A DNA stretch of 64,000 bases from Kudoa neothunni (Eukaryota; Animalia; Cnidaria): positions 11,314,847-11,378,846 of the forward strand of contig OZ199839.1 in assembly GCA_964304625.1 (NCBI GenBank), given 5' to 3'. The notes beneath the pieces are model-generated. The model had not been told where the DNA came from. It ran no database searches and saw only the letters and a program-made list of their open reading frames with translations. Positions within the stretch are counted from its first letter, which is position 1, and every line of letters begins with the position of its first letter. Both the position numbers and the translations under genes were made by a program. Of the stretch, positions 50,957-63,129 are shown piece by piece.

Positions 50957-53880
50957 TCAACTAATTATTTCATCATCTGAGTCGATTATTGAATATCGAC
51001 GAAAGCGATAATATTTTCTCCAACGAATCCATAATATAATCACCACAGACACAGACACAGCCACAACAATAATAATAGCGATAGTGACTGATATAGCTAT
51101 TATTCTAAAATAAAGTAAAAACCTTCGTTGAAAATTTACTCTACCTCTTTGACGGCTTAGAACTAAATATATTATTATTTAAAATCATTAATAAAACTTA
51201 AAATTACTATTTAACTGCAGTAGGAATATTGCCGCGAACATCTTAAAATGAATATTTTTTTAGATCAATTAAATAACATAATAAAACTTTTCTTAATTTC
51301 TAGTTCTCCCTTGATAGATGTGTTTGTCGAATAGAATACTATAAGGCGGTAATTATCATTAAGATTAACATCAGTGATAGTAAAATTTCGACATAATGGC
51401 AGCTGTTGTTTGCAACCACTTCTATCAGTTTTGAGGCATCTCCTGATCATTTTGCATTCGTTATCATCATACATGAACTTCCAATAACATCTCGGCTGTT
51501 TTTCTTTTATTAGATCGGGCAGTGAAGATATCACATGCAATTTGTTATCAGTAATTTCATAGTTCATAGATATTACTGTTGTTTCGGCAGTTCCATTCGC
51601 TAAAATAAATGTTTAATAAATCAATAAAATAGATTATAATAAAATTGAAAAAATCAATTAGATTTTGTTATTTTTAGATTGAATATAAATTACATTGTGC
51701 TACTGTTATGCATTTAGCTTCAGATATATCTAAATCAGCTCGTGCACAAACTAGATATTCCTCCGTAGCATCGTAATGTTCAATGAATGTGAAGCTATCA
51801 CAAAATGAGACTAATGAACAGTTGTTGGTTATATCTAATTTGTGAGTGTCTAACAGTGAAAATTTCAATTTATCAAGACTGATCGCACTCTTTTCAGAAC
51901 CACAGCCATAAATCATTTTATATTTGGCACATTCCTTAAGAAAGATATTGTAGGAACATTTTATTTCGTCTGCGTTTGCGTTCGGAAATTTACCCATAAT
52001 TCTGACTCCTTTATCAGTATAAGTGAGATCGAGTTGGATGGAACCATGATCTAACCAAGAGAAGTTAATAAAACAGATTTTACAATTATTTACAGTGTAA
52101 TACTGCATCTTCATATCCTGGAGAAACAATCTTGATATTATAATCGGCTGTGGGGATAATTCCATTAATTATAAATTCATTAGCACACAGTCTACGACAT
52201 TGGCTTTTGTTTGGGCAAGAAGCTTCGTAAAACAAATTACTTTCCGTTAAGCTAATATAATATGCGCATTCAATATTTATATTTGAATTTTCTGGATCTA
52301 AGAGGCTTGATTTTATAATGATCTCATTTGGCTGATTCGTAAGATGAATTGTGTAACGGAACAAACTTCTAAGTCCCTCTACACGAATTCAAATCAGGAA
52401 AATAAATAAATCAAATTTTGTTTAATACTCGTTTGAACAAATATTTTTTCTTGGTAAGTGTCATACCCATCAATTATAGATTCTATAACTAGTATAAGAG
52501 GAGTGCCAACAGGCAGCATAGTTATATTTAACACATCACATGTAGAAGAACAATCAATAGTAGATTCACAAGTAGCATGTTGTATCTGTAATGGTGGTGG
52601 AGACCTGGCGTTGTAAACTTTAACCTCACAAGATACATGCTTAGTAGCCATAATTCCGTCTTGATAGAAGGTAGTATTTAATATAACATTGGACTTGGTT
52701 ATATGCGAAGTTAATTTATTTTCGGCGTATTTACTTAGAACTAATATTTTTTTCAAATTTCATCGCACCGCAAAAGAAAATACCGAATTTTTTCTCAATA
52801 AAACCAGATGTGTCATCACTCAAGTTATCTCGTCTAGTTTTTATCATAATTTCAACAATTGGAGATATCTCAGCTTCAAGTTGAACATTTCTACATGGAG
52901 CATAACATCCTTGGTTAATTTTTGTACCTGCACACATAGAAGTGTAAAGCGAATAATACTCTCCAACTTTGGCCACTTTTCTCGCACTGAAATGACATAT
53001 TTCAGCTGTTGTTATGTGATCAAAAATTAGATTATATTTATTTCTTTCATGGGGTGATTTAACAGTGACGTGATATTGTGGTTTGAAAATATCGGCGTTT
53101 TTACGAAATCCCTTATTAAACACATGATAGAAGTATGCGGGTTGGTGTGCACAAAGTATCTCATAAGTTGGTATCAGACCATCCAAAATCACCCTCATAT
53201 AACCATAACCGGTAACACAATTGCCATCATGATCGCCCTCAAACAATTTGGTACCTTCATAGAAAATGGCACAACTGACATGAGGGCATGATTTTACGTT
53301 GAATTCAGCAATATTAGCTAGCCTTGCTATCTTAAATTGAGGATATAATAGAAGAGCTAAAATATGTTACGTTAAGTTGACAACACTAACATATTTAGAC
53401 GACATTACGAGTAGTAAAGCCGTGTATTTGAAAATATGTGTTGGTGGGTGATAGAAAATTTTCCCGCGTGGATACGGAAACATACTTTTCATTAGGTGAT
53501 ATCACATCGTATCCCAATATTACTCCAGATTCACAGTTAAACCAGCAATCATCATACCATGGAGATATATTTTGGTCAGAACATTGAGTAACATCTTTGT
53601 ATTTGGCTGATTTTGATAAGAATACACTAATATGGCAATTTGTGGTATTTGTCATCGGTGGTGTATTTGAAGTGATATTTAATCTATTCTCATCAACTCC
53701 GTCATTATTGGAAACAACTGTGGTCGTGTAGCTAAGAGTTCTCGAATGAATATAATCACTTTCTGGGATAATCAAGCAAACATGAAAAACTATAGATAAA
53801 CATAAATGGTTGTGTATTTTATTCAAATATTTACGAATGATTAAAAACCAACAATATACTGCACTTATTTTCTCGCTCAT
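50957..53880 (-). CDS. Cys-rich type I membrane protein with CUB-like and FN3-like modules, one TM helix and a short cytoplasmic tail
   Basis: Spliced signal peptide MSEKISAVYCWFLIILFHVCLII. Successive minus-strand ORFs are joinable by GT-AG introns of about 45 nt. TM segment IIAISVTIAIIIVVAVSVSVVIILWI and tail RWRKYYRFRRYSIIDSDDEIIS*. Domain names are pattern-based inference. Confidence 0.8.
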
Positions 53881-54513
53881 AATAAAACGACCGCGTCCAA
53901 CAAATAAGCTTGGTTAATCGAGAAACAAAGTTTAAGCATCGATATCCAACGAATAAGCTGATTTATATTATGGAAAATATTATTAAACACTGTTAGAAAA
54001 ATGGCTTTGATTAAAATTAAATATAATAATAAATTCAACCTAATGGAGTATTTATGATTTTATTAATATCCAGAGTTAGTTATTATGGATGCTAGCCTAT
54101 TTCTTATATGCCAATACACTTATGAGAATAGTTTTTTTCTTAAATATTTAATGTAAAATCTATGTACTTTTTTAAATTACTGACTTTGTAATTTTAACGT
54201 TATGCATAGAAGACAAGTATTAAACTACGTAATAATATGTAATAGGCATAATGGGAATAATATATTAATCTCGATTCTAAAAAGATTATCATTAAAAAAA
54301 TATTCTTCATAATATATTCGGTGAAAATCGATTTCTAAATTTTTATTACAACATTTTTTAAATCGGAGATAGATTACTTGTAATATTTTCAAAATACGTT
54401 TATTATTATTATTTTATTAAATTCGTTAAAGATTCATCTTATCCGTCGGTGTCAGTTAAAAACAGGTTCAAAATCTTTTATTTTGCTTCATATGTAATAA
54501 GTATATTTAAATG

Positions 54514-54556
54514 ATTCATTCATTCATTCATTCATTCATTCATTCCGTCCGTCCGT
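54514..54556. repeat. Compound microsatellite (ATTC)n(CGTC)n
   Basis: Read directly. Confidence 0.9.
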
Positions 54557-54645
54557 TATATTGGTTTATATGGACCGTAATATAATATTAAAACTGAAAG
54601 TCACAGCATTGTATTGGATTATGTTTTTAATAATAGTTAACCAAT

Positions 54646-55050
54646 GGTTAAAATGTAGAATGGTGGCCGTAATCCAAATCAGCGACCACGATAAAAATCG
54701 AACCTGTTGATTATTTTATTCTTAAGTTATTATAAGTGTTACACCACCAGTAGGCTACTTTCGGCTATTGTTATCTGCTATCATAATAGCAATTGTCGAC
54801 ATCTATTAGTGCAGGGAACTTCTGGCCCCTCGCAATTATTTCCACAGGTTATGCCACCAATTAAGTCTGTTCGAGTATGATATGTTATATTAATTCTAAA
54901 ATTGAATTTAAAAAATTCTAATTGCGATAGAATGCCTACTGTATCAATTCGTTGTCTATACAGATAAGAATTTCATATTTTATGCGAGCATTAGCTGGTT
55001 ATCCGTAGCAAATTCATAACGTTATTTTCAAAAATAATTTTGCTTGATTA
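54646..55050. mobile_element. Inverted, truncated copy of the 46426-46970 MITE
   Basis: 54646-54718 is a near-exact reverse complement of 46900-46970, and homology continues to about 55040. Confidence 0.75.
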
Positions 55051-55124
55051 AACATTTTTAAGTATTTATTACTCTGAATAACAACATTGTGTATTTTATT
55101 AGGAAATATTGCCATAATATCATA

Positions 55125-55521
55125 AAATGCGTAGTACTCCTGCTACGCAATAACCCTACACTACTGTATATGAATATTTTTATAGTAACTTTTTTAATCT
55201 TCCAAGCATTTTTGAACTCCTTATTTACTTAATTGAATTATTACAACTGATAATTTTAAAGTTCTCGTCAACACCCCTCTGTATCCTTGGCATGGTCAAA
55301 TTCACTACGCAATGTCGAATCAAAACGGGGTTTCCGGACCTTAGAAATTCTACGCAATACAAAATTATGTCACAATTTAACATTAATTTTGTTATTCATT
55401 GATATTTATACACATATTTTACGAGATAATAATTTAATCATTAGTTAGCAGTATCCAAATTTATAAACAATCAAAAAAATAACGAGATATTGGAGTACTA
55501 CGCAATATCGAGGTACGACTG
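55125..55521. mobile_element. pogo/Tc1-type MITE remnant
   Basis: Right end GAGTACTACGCAATATCGAGGTACGACTG|TA, partial inverted copy TGCGTAGTACTC near 55128, and repeated CTACGCAAT motifs. Confidence 0.55.
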
Positions 55522-57283
55522 TATAAACATATTTAGGTCTTTAAAAAGTTGAAAACTCAAAAAACTCGTTTATTTATTAATAAAACCTAAAATGTAATTA
55601 AATAATTTAGGAAAATAGATAAGCGGATTATACGATTTAATAATAGGATTATCACTCGCTTATATTAGAGTGATTGCCATTCGAAGTTATCATTCCTTCT
55701 CACATACCAAAATCATCTGTTAATCAAGTTATATCATCAATCAATATAGAGTAGTTGTTTGAATTTATTTCTTTAATCGAATAGTTGAATTAATTGTTAT
55801 TTCGTTTCAAAAGAGATTAAGCCTAACGATAATAATTAATTGTCGCATGTTTTCACCTGGCCACATAAATTTATTATTTTTTCAGTTCTATTGAATAATT
55901 TTAACTTTAAATATAACATTTTTAAAAACGTGAATTTTTATACACTCATGAATTGCAATATCTTTTTAAGAGATTTTTCAAAGCGAAATATGCTCAGTGC
56001 AAAAAAACCGGATATTTGTCGTTAGTTAAAAGTATCCATATTAAATTTAATTTTTTAAGTCATTTTTACAAATAAACAAATGATGTAAAAAATTTCAAAT
56101 TAATAAAGGATATAATTAACGAAAATAACAAAAAGTTGTGAATAAATTTGAAAGGAGTTCGATTTTTGAGTAAAATTGCACCAATGAAAACAATATAAAT
56201 TTAAAAAATGGCTCATCCCACCTAATATTCAGCGAGTAATATTTCTCGTGTAGTAATTGTGATAATTGTAGTAACTAGGAAATTTGTAATATTTCTAAAT
56301 CCTAGTGTAGTCACCACAATAGATTATAATTATTATTAAATATATTAGGAAAAAAGATGGTTATAGGAGAAATAACGATAACCTATAAAAATTGAACGAT
56401 GATGAGAACAAAAAAGGAAGTAATTTCAATTGTGAATTTCACAAGCCTCTCGACACACTACGTAAAATTTCACCAATTCCAGTGATAATAGTTATGTGAA
56501 CGATCGGTATTTGTAATCGTATTTGGAGTCAGCTTCAACTTGTGTGCTAGTGAAAATCCATATTTTATTATTTGTGGGCCAACCACTTTACAACTCATTT
56601 AGAGGATATGGAATGAATTCCACCAAACACTTAAAAAAATAAAAGTAAATTTGTTATTGCAATTGGTAGTTTAAACAGTATTAATTGATGAATGTTGGGT
56701 TAGTTACTTAATAGTTACGACAACAGAGTTTAGATTAAGTCTTTAATTTATTAATCCATTAATCACATACTAATTTTATTCATTATGTCCAAACACGAGT
56801 TGGTATATATGAGAAAGTGATTAAATTCAACGTAGGTACAAAGAATAATACTCAAATAACATAGTAATAAATATCTATTGGATTTAGCAGCTTAGTATCG
56901 TACTAATAAAGTAACACCCAGCTGTTATTTTTTTATTTGATTCTCGAAACAACAAAGGAAGATATTCATAATGTGTATATATTTCCTGTTGAACTAGATG
57001 TGTGGATTCCTAGTTAAAAATATATAAAAAATTATCATTCAATTTATAGGCAAAATAAATCTAATCTAACATTAGAAAGTATAGAATAGGTGTGGGTGAA
57101 TAGAAGGGGGTTTGAATAAGCTCACATAATGATTAGCCATTCCATAGGGTGGTTGTTGTTGTTGTTGTTGTTATTGTTGACATTAATGCAATACTTTTTG
57201 TTTGGAATTAGCACATAACTAATATTTAGGCTGTGAATAATTCCAACGGCGTTAACTAATCCTTTTAACAAGAAGTTGGTATT

Positions 57284-57884
57284 ATGAATTTTTGGTACAT
57301 TCTTCCTATAATGGTGAATGTATTATCGATGACATTATTGAAAATTCCTCGTGAGAAGCTTTACGTCAATCGATCTCATAAGTTGTGTTCCAGCGATGAT
57401 GGTAGATTTTGGACTATTTCGAAAATATACTAAAAATTTGTATAGATAATCAAAGTGCCAATCTCGCACACATAGAAAGTGTAGAGTTAGAAGAGTGTGA
57501 GCATAAAATTTGTTATTGTTCAAATACATCCAACAACCCCAAACAACCAATCACTCTAAGAATCACTTTCCAGTCTATCAGCAATGCATCCTCAATCCAT
57601 TTTCAGGCAAGTGTTAAGATGATAAACAAATGGATACGACTGAAATCACTTGATCGTGATCTGTGTGTGTATAATGATATTAGATGCCCAATATATTATA
57701 ATGAAAAAGTGAGTATTGTTGTTCGTTCCAATGTGGGCGATATATTTTTAAAGGTATACAGATCTAGTGGTGATAAAGGGTAGTTTTATGATTTATTTAG
57801 CGAAAAATCCTCGTCCAATTCAAGGTATTTGACGAAAGGAGGAGGGAATTGATGTGTTTTATTTTGGATTTCAAGTGTTTTTAA
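57284..57884 (+). CDS. Secreted ML-domain (NPC2/MD-2-like) lipid-binding protein, 3 exons
   Basis: Signal peptide MNFWYILPIMVNVLS and Cys pattern KLCSSD...VELEECEHKIC...DLCVYNDIRCPI...ELMCF. Introns at 57402-57445 and about 57754-57800. Stop at 57882-84. Confidence 0.75.
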
Positions 57885-58128
57885 AACCAATTTTATTGAT
57901 CTCAACATTTTTATATGTAAATAGATAGTTTTATCTCATGACACTAATTTTATAATTTTGTAATTACGTTGTTTATCTGTGGTAATCAGTTGTTTCCTGG
58001 AGGGTGCTACTATTGGGAATTTGTTGTCTTAGTCAAATCCCCAAACAGCTGATAAACACACCTTTAAAATGAAAAAAATAATACACCTCACTATACGAAT
58101 AAAATCTAAAAGTATTTCAAAAGTTTCG

Positions 58129-60011
58129 TTAAAATGGTACATGTTCGCCCTCATTGGTGGCGTTCAAAGGAGCTTCCAAAGAGTGATACCAACTAGGTAG
58201 TGCCGAATCGAAAACTTTACCAAACACCTAGAATAACAGAGTAACGTAGGAAAAACTCAAATTTAAAATCAATAGTTGTTGAAAGTGAAATTACCGTGTA
58301 CTTTTTTGAATGTAAACACATTACACGACGTACCTGGGTGGCATAAAATCCTTCATTACATTCACCACAATTTTTGTCATAAAACCCTACCACACAATCA
58401 AATTCAATAAAATTAGTCCTAAATTGAAAATGTGTTGATATTACGAGTTGTGTCATCATTATTTTCGGGCAAATCTCCCAATGTCGAATCAGTTGAAGTG
58501 ATATGGTTAGCTTTCCGTTTCCGGCTTTTTGATGTGACAAATTCTCTTCCTTTGAGCAAACCCTCAATTATCTACCAATAAATTTATATAGATTTATCCT
58601 AATTAAACTATGAGTTACATCATCAATTGGAGGATAGTCCCCTTGGAAACCTCTCTTTGGCCCAAATGCCAATGGATGACTGTATATAGGATCCCCAATA
58701 ATGGGATAGCCCAACCACTGCATATGGATTCTAATTTGATGCATTCTTCCAGTGATAGGTTTGCCTATCAGTATTCATTGTGAAATTGATAAGCATGAAA
58801 TAGGTTTGTGGCAATTATGTGATACATTTGACAATTGATTTTCCTTTCTCATATTTAACTCGTTGGAATATGGTTGTGGAAGGTTTTCCCTCCACACTAT
58901 CAATAAGGCATACTCCTAATTTTTGTGAAGCAATTTTGATAGGTTGATCACAAACCAACTCATCTCTAAACCACATAAATATGAATCTATTAGAACTACA
59001 CTAATTCTATAACTAACTCTGGAAATTCACCATCTACCATACAATAGTATTCTTTCATTATGGTGCGTTCTACAATCTCATCCGAATACTTTTTAGCAGT
59101 GATTGGATCCCTTAACATAGTTGATAAATTGGTTAGGATATTCAACAACAACTTGGCTATTATAGTCACACCAGATGTGAGTCGGTCCAAACGATGCACA
59201 GCTAATCAACATAAGTACCACATCAATATAACAACGAGACAAACTACTGAATAATCGATTTTGATTCAATTCTTTGTATAAATAGAATAAAACCGTGTTG
59301 TGACGATACCTTCCCATTGGATGGATCTAAATAAGCAACAGTAATAATAATGAACCCAACATAAAAATAAATACTGCCATCCCACTAGGTTTATCAACCA
59401 CAATAATACTCTCATCCTCATGTATAATATCCATCTTCTCAAACGGTATGGGAAGCTCATGTCGATGCATTAAACTTTGAATAATATCATTATTTTTGAT
59501 AATATAATCCGATGATTTGATTTTTCCATTAACTAATTAATAATTCTCCTATCGAAAATCTCACTTAACAAATACCCCTTATTCTACCATCTTTGATATC
59601 GTTTTCCTAAGAGAATTGTATTGTCGATCATTGAAGTTATCCAATGGAACAACAAAATGTGTACTATTAAATGAGATTGTCGCTGTAGAAATTCTTTCTC
59701 AAATAACTCTTTCAATGTGAGTCCTATCCATCTGTTTTTGCAGTACGAATAAAACAAATAATGATAAGGATTCACATATCTCAGTCCTGTGTCAATAAAT
59801 CAACCTTAAAGTCATACAAAATATCCCTGAACTGTTACCATCTTTGATAAAACAAGTAGTTTCGGTTAAGGCGCATTCTTTTTGATCCACATGTCTTTTC
59901 CCCTTGAAAATCTACAATGTGGGATCGAATCAATAAACTGCTCCTTCGTTCGTTCATATCAACCTTAAAAATATCAGAGTCTGTATTTGTTTCAGATTCA
60001 TTTTTCTCCAT
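58129..60011 (-). CDS. RPUSD2: RluA/RluD-family pseudouridine synthase (RPUSD2/RIB2-like), multi-exon
   Basis: Motifs LRYVNPYHY..CKNRWIG, HRHELP, KPSG, GRYRHNTV, catalytic HRLDRLTSG, TGRMHQIRIHMQWLGYPIIGDPIY and CLHSKKY. Confidence 0.9.
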
Positions 60012-61114
60012 AGTTAATTATGAATTTAAAAAAATTGTATCCAATTAACGCAATAAATGTTCGAGGTTGATTCTTAGGTCACTTGTCTAATCTGCGCGCG
60101 ATCGTATAAGAATGATTTAAGCCAAGGTAAATTTTAATCCAAAATTGTCTGTCGGTAGGCTTCCCCGATCCAAATTTTTAATCACAGCAAATTTTATTCA
60201 CAAATGTGATTTTTTTGAAACTTCTGCTATATTCAATTATTCCTGAATCCAAAGAGAGCGGCGGTGAGCCAGAAATAATAAATATCTTCAAAACTAAACT
60301 GACGATAATTAAATATCATTAGCCCCTGGGTTCTCAACTCAATGTAGTTTCCACATGTCATACCACTTATGAGAACAACCCCGCACCACGTTTCAAAAAA
60401 GAGATTTAAACATGGAATTATTTGTTAGGTTGGAAACAATATTTCTGTTTAAATCTTGAATCACTCGGAAAATAAAAACAGCCGTGCATTTTAACAAGAA
60501 AACTAATGTAAATCAACTAAGCGCAACTGATATCAAATTAAACATTTTTATTTTTTTGTCTTTCTGGACAATAATTCTGTCAGAACGAAGTTCCTTATCA
60601 GATGACAATCGAATAAATCAGAATTCGTAATGAATTCGAAATTCTAATATTTTAGTGCAAAATATCAGATGTGAAAATTTGCGCGGAACGTTGAATTGTG
60701 TAATTTTTTTGTTTTAATTAAAAATTTAAAAGCTATATAAGAAATATAAACATGTAACCCAATCACAAATGTAAAGTTTTAGTTGATATTATTTTTTAGT
60801 ACAAACTGATTTTAATTTGAATTATAAAAAACCAAAATAATTCAACAACAAAATAAAAAACCTAATCTAGATGCTAACTAGAGTTTATTTATTGCTCGCC
60901 TTTTAACGTACTTATAAAAAATAAAATAACTTTTTATTATTCAACACATTTTAAAACGTATTATACTATATTCATCTTTTTTATTAAAGAGTGACTACAG
61001 TCGAACCCTGTTTATCCGCAAATCTGGGGACCTGGCGCAATTTTTTTCGCATAATGAAATTTCGGTTAAACGAGACTCGGTGAGTATGCATGTGCACAAC
61101 TTAAATATTATTAA

Positions 61115-61530
61115 GCCGTGGACAGATAACACATCGGTGTGACACTCGGACTCAGAACCTTGAAGTAATGGGTTCGAATCCGCCGGTAGTAAGACTACTA
61201 GACTACTGCTTCCGTGTCGGTGGGTCCCTATCCCATATTTTGGTGGGAGCTGTGGTTAACGTGTACGCTCGCTTGTGGAGTGGGATGCACTGGCAGCCAG
61301 ATTTGCGTGAAGTGAAGTGGGGTGAGCGTGAATAGGAGTTGGAATCTCCTATTCACATCGTAAGGCAAGTAATTTGCAGGCCAGGCCACACAGAGCCAAC
61401 ATCCTTAAATTAAGGGGATAGGGTATGGGGTGGTGGTCGCCCTAAAACGAAGATGTTTAGTGGGTTAAAGTCCCACACTACCGCATAAAGATAAGCGACG
61501 AGGTTTCATGTTACGTCCTGCGGTGCCTAA
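61115..61530 (+). mobile_element. tRNA-headed, GC-rich structured element (SINE-like)
   Basis: B-box GGTTCGAATCC at 61171-81 in a tRNA-like head. The body is much more GC-rich than its surroundings and has several hairpins, including an 11-bp perfect stem GTGAATAGGAG / CTCCTATTCAC. Confidence 0.6.
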
Positions 61531-61599
61531 AGCGTTAATGGAAGAGCTCTGACCAACCAGAATTCCACAACCTTATAAGTTGCGCTAGGGGATTTACCT

Positions 61600-62090
61600 T
61601 GTAAACAAAAAAAAGTGGATGCCATTGTGCAGATCGATGAATCCAACATCTGTAAAAGAAAATACCATCGGTGAAGTGAAGGGTTCTCGTTAACCAAAAC
61701 GTTTGGATTGTTGGCGGGGTTGATGAGAATAATAATATTTTCCAAGTTTTGACCGAAGTGAGAGATTAGTCAACTCTTGAAAATATTATTACCACTTAAA
61801 TGGCCCCCGTTCCATAATATGTACAAGTGGCGTGGTTATAATTCGCTTGATTCTCTTGGTCATAAACACAAATCTGTAAACCACAGCGTTGAATCTAAAA
61901 CTAGCGATGGCGCCCATACTAATAAAATCGAGGCCATTTGGAGCGCAATTAAACGCAAATTCCGGCATATAACCAATTAGAAATCTGAATTAATAGACTC
62001 TTATTTGGCAGCCCACCAATTTAAAATAAAATTAAAAACAATCGTTTTTCTTCCTATATAGAAACTATCAACAAAATATACCAACATTAG
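61600..62090 (+). pseudogene. Second Merlin/ISXO2 transposase remnant
   Basis: IVQIDESNICKRKYHR*, HKSVNHS and HTNKIEAIWSAIKRK. Confidence 0.85.
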
Positions 62091-63129
62091 AATTGATTAT
62101 TGTCGTTATTAAATTTTGTTTTTCTTTTGGCCGACGCGCTAGGAAAAAATACCGTAAGTTTCCCACTGAACCGTACTTTAGCCACAAAGTTCTTATGTTT
62201 ATCAGTGTGTTTGCAGCAGTACGCATGTGAAATAGAAAACCTTTTTTTAGAGGCTGTTAAGTATTTGTTTATGTACTCATAAACTTAGCGAAAGTTTGAA
62301 CACTTCTGCTAATCTGAACGCGGTCCATTTTAATCTGTGTTTTTCTCTGCACTGCCTGCTTACAAAATACATAACAGAGGCAGTGACTATTGCCACGAAA
62401 ACGAATTTCTCCTAATTCTGAGGATGCCTAGACCTATAATTTTCTTTACTACTTAAACATATTTTTATCTATTAAATTTTAAATTTTCGCATTAAAATTT
62501 ACTATATAGATTTCATGATAAAAATCGGTGACTTAATTATCTAAAATATCAGTTTATGTATATACACAGTGACCTTTGAAATAATTTTTGATTTTATATT
62601 ACCACAATTGGGTATTTCTAGACTGCTTTAAGCCCTAATTTGGTGATCCATCCTCAAATCAACCCAATAAATCAAATCTATTATAAATACACAACCTGCA
62701 TTTGCATGTCTATACACATCTTTTTTGTTAGTTAAAAGATATTTTATCTGACATTTTAGGGTACTTTAAAATGGATAACTCTGAAAAAGGGTGTAAAAGT
62801 GTTATGAAAATAAGCTTAAAAAACTTGTAATACTTATAATTATGAATCATCTTTATATTATATATATTAATGATTATAAATAATAAACAATTTTTCCTCA
62901 TTAATATGTATTTTGTTAAGATATTTATAAAATGCGAGAATAAGAAACAATATAAGGCGGTGCTGAGAGTGATATCTTTTAAACAGAGACAATATTTATC
63001 TCGTTTCTTCAGCTAGAAGATTCCTTAGTCATATGAAAAAAAATCATTATGTAATTTTATAGATAGAGATTATAAAAATTGATTATGTCAAATGTGTTCT
63101 CTTCCAAAAAATTTAAAAGGGGAATTAAA

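Noticed and set aside
61115-61190. Functional tRNA gene
   Set aside because: A B-box is present, but I cannot build acceptor and D stems, and the sequence runs into a long structured body. Treated as a SINE-like head.
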